NCBI RefSeq assembly: GCF_947568905.1
Contig: NC_079165.1
Coordinates: forward strand, 101,122,001-101,186,000
Reading direction: 5' to 3'
DNA: 64,000 nucleotides
DNA from: Ostrea edulis
Lineage: Eukaryota
Shown here: positions 11,301 to 23,300 of the stretch, one piece after another
How the letters are laid out: each line of letters starts with the position of its first letter
How positions within the stretch are numbered: position 1 is the first letter of the stretch
Notes under the pieces: generated by a model
The model's database searches: none
What the model saw: only the letters and a program-made list of their open reading frames with translations
Told to the model about the DNA's origin: nothing
Made by a program: the position numbers and the translations under genes

Positions 11301-14300
11301 CGATATCACATGTGTAGACAAAATAAGTGTCTATGTCAGTAAAGACAGACAAGGTGAGGGTCATCGATATCACATGTGTAGACAAAATAAGTGTCTATGT
11401 CAGTAAAGACAGACAAGGTGAGGGTCATCGATATCACATGTGTAGACAAAATAAGTGTCTGTGTCAGTAAAGACAGACAAGGTGAGGGTCATCGATATCA
11501 CATGTGTAGACAAAATAAGTGTCTGTGTCAGTAAAGACAGACAAGGAGATATTCTCAATGTGAGTCTTTGTAAACAAGAATACTAACAGCAGACAAAAAT
11601 CAGTAACTGCTGACAAAATCAGTAACTGCAGACAAAATCAGTAACTGCAGACAAGGTTGATGTCCTCAGTGTTAGTCATTGTAGACAAAATCTGTAACAT
11701 CAGACATACGTACTTGTACAGCTAAGCTTATTTCTGAGTCTTTTAATTTTAATCTATTTCTTTTTTTCCAATCAATTTGCTATTTGTTGTTATAACTGAC
11801 CTGTGACCAATGGAGAGCTAGAGCTTATATAGGCCCTGTGGCAGTGCTTGCTGCCCAATCATATTTATGTATGTATTTACTGTATATACATGAATAAACT
11901 ACTGTTCAAATAAAAAATTATCAAGACGTACAAGATAGAGGTGTTCAATGTAAACAAAAATCAGTAACTGCAGACAAGGTAGGTCTTCTCAGGTTTGATA
12001 GAGAAAGACAAATCATTGATTGATTAAAGCTGATTAGTGCAGGTGTACCACAATGCATACTTGTATAGAGTCTGAACTGTTCCTCAGTTAACTAGTTCAT
12101 GTAATGAATACAGTTTGCTTACAACTAGATAAGTGCATGAGTCCTTGCTCTTGTGATAAGAATACATCCACCTTTAGGCTGGACTACTCGGACTATGATT
12201 TATCATCTGTCAGCTTAATAACATATATTGTCAGACTATATGTATAGCTCACCTGAGCTCTCCCTGATCACTTTTTGTCAACCCTCCGTCTGTAAACTTA
12301 ACATTTTCAACTTATTCTCCAGAACCACAGGGCTAAGGATCAATTCAGGGTAACAAATGAAAAGACATTTAGGGGAGAACAATTCAGAGTAACAAAAGAA
12401 AAGACCTATAGGGGAGACAATTCAGGGTAACAAAAGAAAAGACCTACAGGGGAGAACAATTTTTCCGAAAGAAGTCATATTGTTGTCTCAAGTTTCTTTT
12501 GTTATTTTCTGTCGTACATATAGGGGATCAAAGTTTTACATGGGAATATATAGGGAAAATCTTCTCAAGAACCACTGGGTCAGAAAAGAGAAAGTTTGTT
12601 AGAACCATGGCCCCCACAGGTAGTGTAGGCTACAATAGGGGATCAAAGTTATACATGCAAATATACATGTATAGGGAAAATCTTTAAAAAAACTTCTTCT
12701 CAAGAACCACTGGGCCAGCACACCATCACACTTTGGTATGTCAGACCATCACATATGGCGCATGAGTGTGGTTCATCATTGGGGTTTGGCTCAGACCATT
12801 GCATTTTGGCATGACCATCTCACTTTGGGGTGATATATATATATATACACACACACATATAAATATAATCTAGTATAAAGTATAAAAATGGAGAAGTATA
12901 AAAAGTATGCAGGTAACAAAATGATTTCTGAAGACTAAAAAATGTGAATATTTAGGTGATCATTAATGTCCATAGGCTTCATATTTTACAGGAGCACCAA
13001 TCATCATGTCCCAGCCGCACTTCCTAGCTGCTGACAAGAAGTTGGTGCAGGACCAAGTCATTGGATTATCTGCCGATCCAAACATGCATGGAACTGTTCT
13101 GGATGTAGAACCTGTAAGTTTGATACACAGCATTCATTTACCAGTCTACAGTATATACAGAAGAAGTGATCACCATTGATTTACAGTATTTACAGTAGAA
13201 ATGATCACCAGTCATTTACAATATTTACATTAGAAGTGATCACCATTCATTTACAGTATTTACAGTAGAAATGACCACCAGTCATTTACAATATTTACAT
13301 TAGAAGTGATTACCATTCATTTACAATATTTACATTAGAAGTGATCACCATTCATTTACAGTATTTACTTTAGAAGTGATCCCATTCATTTACAGTATTT
13401 ACAGTAGAAATGATCACCATTCATTTACAATATTTACATTAGAAGTGATCACCATTCATTTACAATATTTACATTAGAAGTGATCACCATTCATTTACAA
13501 TATTTACATTAGAAGTGATCACCATTCATTTACAGTATTTACTTTAGAAGTGATCCCATTCATTTACAGTATTTACAGTAGAAATGATCACCATTCATTT
13601 ACAGTGTTTACAGGAGAAGTGACTACCATTCATTTACAGTATTTACTTTAGAAGTGATCCCATTCATTTACATTAGAAGTGATCACCATTCATTTACAGT
13701 ATTTACAGGAGAAGTGATCACCATTCATTTACAATATTTACAGTAGAAGTGATCACCATTCATTTACAGTATTTACAGTAGACGTGATTACCATTTATTT
13801 ACATTAGAAGGAATGACCATTTATTTACAGTATTTACAGTAGAAGTGATTATTATTCATTTACAGTATTTACAGGAGAAGTGATCACCATTCATTTACAT
13901 TATTTACAGTAGATGTGAGCACCATTCATTTACAGTATTTACAGTAGAAGTGAGCACCATTCATTTACAATATTTACATTAGAAGTGATTATTATTCATT
14001 TACAGTATTTACAGGAGAAGTGATCACCATTCATTTACAGTATTTACAGTAGATGTGACAACCATTCCTTTACAGTAGAAGTGAGCACCATTCATTTACA
14101 GTGTTTACAGGAGAAGTGAGCACCATTCATTTACAGTAGAAATGATCACCATTCATTTACAATATTTACAATAGAAGTGAATTACAATTTTTTTTTCATT
14201 CTGTCACCCAAAAGTATACCACTGAATAAATTTTGTTAATAGATGATACAGGCTTTATTTTTGCAGCATTTGAAGTTTCACTGTCATAGAATGAACTAAA

Positions 14301-17300
14301 CACAACCCTAGCTTTGTAGAACCCTAAAAATGGATGTAGACAAAAAACCATGAAAATAGCAAGGTTTGAATTTAAATCTGTACATACACACTTGATAATA
14401 ATCAATTTGATGTTTTTTTTATTTTCTAGATGACTGGAGTGGTAATGAATGCACAGAAAAGACTCCAGTTAAATGTGTACATACGGAATGTGTCTCATAT
14501 CAGGTACAAAATGACATTCTACAAAGCTATAGTACAAAATGACATTCTACAAATCTATCATACAAAATAACAGTCTACAAAGCTATAGTACAGACTAACA
14601 TTCTACAAACCTATAGTACAAAATGACATTCTACAAAGTTATGGCACAAAATGACAGTCTACAAAGCTATAGTACAAAATAACAGTCTACAAAGCTATGA
14701 TAACAAATAACAGTCTACAAAGCTATAGTACAAAATGACAGTCTACAAAGCTATAGTACAGACTAACATTCTACAAACCTATAGTACAAAATGACATTCT
14801 ACAAAGTTATGGCACAAAATGACAGTCTACAAAGCTATAGTACAAAATAACAGTCTACAAAGCTATGATAACAAATAACAGTCTACAAAGCTATAGTACA
14901 AAATAACAGTCTACAAAGCTATGATAACAAATAACAGTCTACAAAGCTATAGTACAAAATGACAGTCTACAAAGCTATGATAACAAATAACAGTCTACAA
15001 AGCTATAGTACAAAATAACAGTCTACAAATCTATAGTACAAAATGACAGTCTACAAAGCTCTAGTACAAAATAACATTCTACAAAGCTATAGTACAAAAT
15101 AACAGTCTACAAAGCTATAGTACAAAATGACAGTCTACAAACCTATAGTACAGAATAACATTCTACAAAGCTATAGTACAAAATAACAGTCTACAAAGCT
15201 CTAGTACAAAATAACATTCTACAAAGCTATAGTACAAAATAACAGTCTACAAAGCTATAGTACAAAATGACAGTCTACAAAGCTATGATAACAAATAACA
15301 GTCTCTGCAAAGCTATGGTACAAAGTCATATTTTATCAATTTTATTTTGAAACATTGAATTTTGTATGTGAAATGGGAGACAACTGTCAGTTAAATAAAA
15401 ATTCATATTGACCATTTCTTAATCATGTATTGAGATCATACATATATTTTAGAATGCAACAATGGCCACTTCTGTAAATCATAATTATTTTTCAAAATTT
15501 TATTTTGACTACTCATGCAATTATATGTTTGTATATAATATGGGTGTTCCATATGGTAGTACAATAACATTTAAGATTTCTTTACTGCTGCTTTTAGAGA
15601 CACAGCTAATATTGATCACATCTACTATCCAGTTCTGTGGCTGAATGAGGTAATCTTAAACACATTTTTCAACTTTCATGATTGCACATGGCATCTCAGA
15701 TTAACATGGTTTACTTACTAGGAGCTTGTTGTAATTAATTTGACTGTCCGCCCAACTGAGATATATTTTACTTGCTGTAAAATCTGAGTGGATAAATTTA
15801 TTATTTATGCCCCCCTTCAAAGAAGAGGGGCATATTGGTTTGCACCTGTCAGTCGGTCGGTAGACCACATGTTGTCCACTCAATATCTTGAGAACCATTC
15901 ACTTGATGATAATGATATTTCATATGAGGGTTGGTTATGAGTAGAAGAGGACCCCTATTGTTTTTCAGGTCAAAAGGTCAAGGGTCAATTTACTCTAGAC
16001 ATAGAAATATAATGTCCACTCAATATCTTGAGAACCCTTTGTTTGATAGACATTAAACTTGATACACTGATACATCTTCAAGAGAAGATGACCCTTATTG
16101 ATTTTGAGGTCACATGGTCAAAGGTTAAACTGGACATAGGAATATACTGTCCATTTGATATCTTGAGAACCCTTTGCTTGACAGACATCAAACTTGGTAC
16201 ACTGGTATATCTTCAGGAGAAGATGACCCCTATTGATTTTGAGGTCACATAGTCAAAGGTCAGTGGTTGAACTGGGCATAGTAGTATATTGTCTCCTATA
16301 TTTTAAAGAATTATTTACTTGATAGACACCAAACTTGGTACACTGGTACAGCATAAGGAGTAGATGACCCCTATTGATTTTTAGGTCACATTGTCAATCC
16401 ACTCTTGACATAGGAAGATATTGTTTGCTCAATATTTTGAATTGATGATGCTACTATCAATTAAATGATGTGTGTGTATAACCCTTTTCAATTTTGCACC
16501 ATGGGGGAGGGGGGGGGGGGGTCATATGTGTTTTACAAACATCTCTTGTTTATTAGTCATTCAACATTTCACATGTATGTTTTTTATCCAAACTGATCAA
16601 CAATGAGAATTTGAAACCAGTGAGGGATGCAATAGGGGTACTGTTTCATAATGCAGTAGGTCACATGGGTCACTCAGGTGACCTGTTGCTGCCAGTTCTC
16701 ATCTGCTGTTGAACAATTTTGACTTCTCAGAAACTACATAGCCAATTTCACCAAAATCTTTTGGGGTATGGAAACACAAATTTTGAAGGTCATTGTCTCA
16801 GCCCTTTTGGAACCTTTGGAGTAGGATTTGAAACCTCTGAATATAGGATAATCAATAAAAAGTCTTCTTTACTAATCACACCAGGTGCATAGTCATATTG
16901 ATCGTGGAAACTTCTACCAAAAATGTGAAATTCATGGTCCCTGGTAGCAGTAGCTCAGTGGTAGAGTATTCGCTTTGTAACAGGGAGGTTGTGAGTTCAA
17001 TCCTTGCTTGTGTCATGGCCACATCAAACCTAAGATGTAAATATAGGTAGTGATTGCTTATTTACCAAATAGTTTACATGTATGTTATATGGAAAGAGAA
17101 GTAACTCTTGTAATGGATACTTTATCTCCCCCTAAGGGAGCTCTTCATATTGTTTATCTCCCCCTAAGGGAGCTCTTCATATTGGAAGTTAGACAGAGTG
17201 TTTCAAGTGATACTGAATAAAGCATGGTCTAACAATGGTAGCAGAGTCTGGTTGAAAGGAAATTAGTGTATCATAGTGTCAAAAACAGTGTAAGGAAGTG

Positions 17301-20300
17301 TGACATTTAAGAACTATTCAGTAAGAATTCAGTGAATGTGAAAAAGTGCAAAACTTCGTGGACTAAGAAAATAAGAATGTCAACAAAAATCAACCCCCCC
17401 TCTTATGACCCCAAAGTGAAAACTTATGAATTGTACAAGCAAGAATTGTTAGCATGGAAAGAGGTCACAGAGTTAGATAAGAAGAAACAGGGAGTTGCTA
17501 TAGCCTTGTCCCTTCCTGAAAATGATGAGTCCAGGATACGAGAAAAAGTGTTTGATCAGCTGAACTTGGAGGATCTTAAGGAAGAAACAGGTTTGAATAC
17601 CTTGATTGAATTTTTGGACAAACATTTAGCGAAAGATGACTTAGCAGATAGCTTAGAGAAATTTGAAGATTTTGAAGACTTTAAAAGGTCTGATGGACAG
17701 TCTATTAATGAATACATATCCATTTTTGATGCCAAATACAGAAAAATCGAAAAGAAAAACATGAAGTTACCCTCTGAGATTTTAGCCTTCAAGTTACTCA
17801 GAAGATCACTGATAAGCAAAGAGGAAAGAATGATTGTATTAACTGGAATGAATTTTGAGAATAAAGAAACTCTTTATGAAGAAGCTAAGAAATCCCTGAA
17901 AAAATTCAAAGGTGAAACTTGTGGAAACGCACCCACTACATCAGTATCCATTAAACTTGAACCGGCATTCCTGGCAGAGAATGAGGAAGCACTGATGGCA
18001 GCTGGATATGCGAGAATGCCAATGAAGGGTAACAAATTTAACAGAGGAGCTGGAAGAAATGAGCAGACGCGAGGGAGAGGATTTCATAGTGGCCAGAGTA
18101 GAGGTTCATACCGTCAGCAAGGTGGGCAATCGCGTATAGGCAGTTCAGGCATTAAAAAGAGCATGAATCCATCTGGACCAGATGGAAATGTAATGACATG
18201 CAAATCTTGTGGGTCATTTAGACATATGATGGCAGCTTGTCCTCACAGTTGGGAAAACATGGCGAAAGTAAACACATGTTCAGCTGAAGAAGAAGAATTT
18301 GTGCTGTTTACAGGAAACCAACCAAAAGAGATAAGGCACTTGGGAATGGATGCCAGGAACTGTGCAGTTCTAGACAGTGCCTGCAGCAGTACAGTGTGTG
18401 GAAGTACATGGATCAACACATACATCGATTTGCTTGATGAACTAGACAAGAATAGGATTAAGAAAATGGAGGGCAGAAGAATCTTCAAGTTTGGAGGGGG
18501 AACTCATCTTAAATCTGAGGGAGAATATGCAATTCCAGCTCGTATAGCCGGGAAAGATGTTACGATAACAACTGATGTTGTTAATTCAGACATTCCATTA
18601 CTGTTGTCAAGAACAGCTATGAAAACTGCTGGCGTGAAGCTGAACTTAGAAGATGACACAGCAGAGATCCTAGGAAAAACAATGAACCTTAATTTGACCT
18701 CTTCTGGACATTATTGTGTTCCCATAGATAAGGCAGAAATGATACCAGTTGAGGAAGTTTGTTCAGTCAGGATCGATGAGATAGACCCTAAGAAAAGGTA
18801 TTTAACTCTTCTAAAACTGCACCGACAATTTGCCCACCCACCAAAGAAACGACTGGTATCACTTTTGAAGGATGCAGGAGCTTGGCGAGACAACTTCGGC
18901 CAGGATATTGAAAATATTGAGCAGAAGTGTGATGTATGCAAGACCTATGCTAGAACACCATCACGGCCTGTTGTTTCATTTCCAATGGCATCCCACTTTA
19001 ATGAAAAGGTGGCTATGGACCTGAAGTACTGGAGAGGAAAGTGGATTTTGCACATGATTGACATGTGGTCCAGATATACAGTGTCTGTTTTTATCCAGAG
19101 GAAAAAGGCAACTGATGTCATCGATAAAATCATGTCTCATTGGATAGGAATATTTGGTGTCATGACAGATAATGGAGGGGAGTTCAACTCGGAAAAAACT
19201 CGAGAAGTGGCATCCATTTTGAATGTAAAGGTGCATACATTTGCAGGTGAAAGTCCATTTCAAAATGGATTGTGTGAAAGAGTGCACTCTGTAACTGACA
19301 TGATGTTGACAAAACTAGAGCATGACTACAGGGATGTGAGTGAGCAGAGTCTGTTATGCTGGGCAAACATGGCAAGGAATGTATTGCAGATGTGGAATGG
19401 TTTTAGTAGTCACCAGCTTGTGTTTGGGTGGAATCCCAACCTCCCCAACATCATGACAGACAAATTGCCAGCACTTGAGGGTTGTACATTGAGCGAGACA
19501 TTTGCTAAACACCTTAATTTGTTGCACAGCACCAAACGAGCTTATATAGAGGCAGAAGCTGATGAAAGAATTAGGCGAGCATTGTTGAACAAAGTGAGAG
19601 CAGCTGAACAATTTTATGAAAATGGAGATATGGTATACTACAAACGTGAGGGCAGAGATAGATGGCTTGGACCAGGTAAAGTTGTGTTTCAAGATGGCAA
19701 GGTTGTTTTTATACGTCATGGTGGAGTTTTTCTCCGAGTGTCGCCCAATAGACTACAAAAACTATCAGAAAATTGTATACAAACAGAAGAGAAAGTTACA
19801 GATTCTGAAAATATTGAGAAGACACAACAACCAAGAAAAGCAAAGAGTGCAGTCTCTGAATACCTGATGGAAAGCAAAATAAATCACAGTCCAGTTTCAC
19901 TAATTCAAAGCAATATTGCACTGAAAGCACATGACAGCATTCAATACAAGATGGGTTCAGAAGATGATAACTGGATAAAAGCTACAATTCTTGGCAGAGC
20001 AGGTAAAGCAACAGGAAATAACAGAAATTGGTATAATGTGCAAGATTTTGAGAGCAAAGAAGAAAAAAGCATAGACCTGGGCAGACTCTCTTGGGAAAGA
20101 ATCAACCAAAATGATGAAAGTGTGCATTCTACAACATATGAAAATACAAGTTGTGACAATATAGCCCTAGCGAAACAAAATGAACTAGAAAAACTCAAAA
20201 CCTTTGACACGTACACTGAAGTTGAAGATGAAGGGCAGAATAGATTATCAACAAGATGGGTCATCACTTCAAAGGAAGGACAAGTAAGAGCAAGACTTGT

Positions 20301-23300
20301 TGCACGTGGATTTGAGGAAGAATTTTGTATCCCTAGAGACAGTCCTACAGTCGGAAAAGGTGGTCTGAAGATATTTTTGACAATAACAGCAAGTAAATTA
20401 TGGGATGTCAAAACCACAGACATAAAATCAGCCTTCTTGCAAGGAAAAACACTTGACAGAGATGTTTATCTTCAACCTCCAAAGGAAAGCATCACACCTG
20501 CTGGAACAATATGGAAGCTGAAACACTGCTTATATGGACTAAAAGATGGTGCAAGACAGTTTTATTTGAGCGTCAAAGAAGAACTTGATAAACTTGGTTT
20601 TGAGCATGCAGTGTGGACCCAGCTCTATTCTGTTATAGAAAAGACAGGAAGCTTCATGGGATTATCTGCTCTCATGTTGATGATTTTCTCCATGCTGGGG
20701 ATGAAGTTTTTGAGAGACAGATTTGCAAGTTTCGAGAGAGATTTTCTGCAGGAAAAGTAGCTGAATGCAAATTTCAGTACATTGGCTTCTATGTAAAGCA
20801 AGATCAAGAGGGGATAGTATTGGATCACACCAATTACATGGAAAAATTACAAAGTTTAGAGATTGACCCTCAGAGAGCAATTCAGAGGAAATGTCAGCTG
20901 AGTGGTGAAGAACAGACAGCATACAGACATATTATAGGACAGATCAACTGGGCAGTGCAGGGATCAAGACCAGACCTTGCATTCGAAATGATAGACATGA
21001 GTACTAAGCTGAGAACTGCAACTGTAGCAGATTTAACCAGAGCAGCAAAAACCATTAACAGGCTTAAAGACTTCAAAAGTGTTTTGAAATTCCCAACATT
21101 AGACCTCACCTCGTTGAAGATTATGACGTTTACTGGTGCATCTCTAGGAAATCTTATGCCTCGTTCACACGAAGAATTTAATTCGCATTAAATGTAAGTT
21201 AATGCGAATTAAATCTGAATCGCGTTCACACGGAGATTTTAATGCGCATTAGTTTACTTCGAATTAAAATTGACGTCGCGATTTAATGCGAATTAAATTT
21301 ACTTCGCATTAGCTCCGTGTGAACGCTAAGCGAAGCTAATTCGAATTAAATGTAGACGCATGCGTAATGGCAAATTTGGGTCACATGCATCATACCCATG
21401 GTCAGCTTTATATATTAATGTTAGTTTTGTACGAAAAACGAAGCAAAATGATAATAATCACTAAAAACATGTACAAACAGCATGTCATTAGATAATGTCA
21501 GACGTAAATCTGTGCTCTGCATAGGCATACTGAGTAATACATGTGGAAGGAATTGTTTTTAAATACGACAACAATGTTTTAAAACAGTGATATGATTTTC
21601 TTTTTTACATTTTTTAAAACATATGCCGCTCATTGTTAATTTTTATACCATATGACGTCATAGTAGACTTATAATACGTATTAGTAATTAAAAATTACGT
21701 CATAACGGTAGTCAGCGGAATGGTGAAAAAGACGTTCCGAAGTTTTAAAATTGGGCCCATGAAGAAACAATATATTGTCTAGATTGAATGCTGGTTGTCG
21801 GAGGAAATAACAAGTAATTTCTTGGGAACATATAAATAAACCCGACAAAAAACTCCTTATGTGTAGATCAGAATTATGTATGCAGGCCTAAATTGTAAAC
21901 ATGTAGTATACTACATGTAGGCCTATATAGCGTTTTGAACAAAGAATTCTGTATAGATCTACACAATATTCATTAAAATATCTATAAAAATAATTTTCAA
22001 TAACATAGTCTATTCTTTAATTTATTTCGCGCACCCTTTAATAGAGATGCATACGAATTTAATGCGCATTAGTTTACTTCGCATTAAATATTACCGCCGT
22101 GTGAACGCTATTTAATTCGAATTAATTTAATGCGCATTATTTTACTTCGCATCAAATTTGATGCGAAGTAAAATTTAATGCGCATCCGTGTGAACGAGGC
22201 ATTAATGAAGGAGTAGGAAGTACCCAAGGAGTCATAATCTGGATTATGGACAAACAAGGAAAATGCTGCCCCCTTTTCTGGCAGGCTAAAAAGATACGAA
22301 GAGTCGTCCGCTCCACTCTAGCTGCAGAGGCGCTTAGCCTACAGGAAGGACTGGAGGCAAGTTTTTACTATCGACACATGTTGGAGGAAATTTTAGGACT
22401 CCACAGAAAATCCATCGATATTTATGCATTTGTGGACAATAAAAGTGTCATAGATTCTGTGCATTCTACTAAACTTGTGGAAGACAAGAGACTTCGAATT
22501 GATATTGCAGCTTTGGCAGAATCAGTCGTGCAAGGGGAAGTACGGAAAATTCAGTGGTGCTCTGGACAAAAACAGTTGGCAAACTGCTTAACAAAGGCAG
22601 GGGCAGATGGTTTGTGTGTCTTGGAGATTCTACAAAGAGGACAAATGTTGTCGGACTTTGTACTTTAAAGTGACAATGTTACTGTTAATTCTAAAACTAG
22701 ACAAACTTTAATTCTGAACTTTTATTTCATTTTGGTTAGGTTCAAATAAGCCTTAAGAAAAGGAAAGTATAATTAATGTTAGTTTACATGTATGTTATAT
22801 GGAAAGAGAAGTAACTCTTATAATGGATACTTTATCTCCCCCTAAGGGAGCTCTTCATATTGTTTATCTCCCCCTAAGGGAGCTCTTCATATTGGAAGTT
22901 AGACAGAGTGTTTCAAGTGATACTGAATAAAGCATGGTCTAAGGTCTGTCAGATATGATCTTAAAAATGGAGGTCATGTGTCGCGGCAGGCATTGCCACG
23001 TTAAAGAACCCTCACTGCTATAGCCATTAGTGCTAGGCATAGGTCTAAATTTGTGGTACTTACCTACAGCTGGAGACGTCTCAATATGAATGAAAAATTC
23101 ACGATAGGCTATAAAACAAATAAACCAACAACCCTAGGTCAAAGGTTAAGGTTCTGGGACAGGGCAACATGGATCGTACCATAGTTATACTGAGCATAGT
23201 AGTCTCTACGAAAAGTAGGAAATTCTTGGACCATGGGGTGAGGAATTCCCATTCCAGGGTAGGACTATAAGGATCATACAGTGAAAATAAGAATCTTCTG

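Larger units (their letters stand above)
17070..22942 (+). mobile_element. Ty1/copia LTR retrotransposon, GalEa-type, decayed, in sense orientation inside a CD36-like intron
   Basis: LTRs at 17070-17234 and 22777-22942 differ at one position (17110 G vs 22820 A). PBS TGGTAGCAGAG at 17236 is the tRNA-Met-type PBS characteristic of GalEa. A purine tract lies at about 22755-22767. Domain order is gag-PR-IN-RT-RH. Confidence 0.95.
16945..23130 (+). mobile_element. tRNA-derived SINE split by the copia element (head about 16945-17069, body about 22943-23130)
   Basis: A-box TAGCTCAGTGG and B-box-like GTGAGTTCAATCC. The two halves align colinearly with the SINE copy at about 55785-56095. Confidence 0.8.

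Noticed and set aside
16945-17015. Possible tRNA gene
   Set aside because: No convincing acceptor stem, and the sequence continues into a SINE body shared with the copy at 55785-56095.
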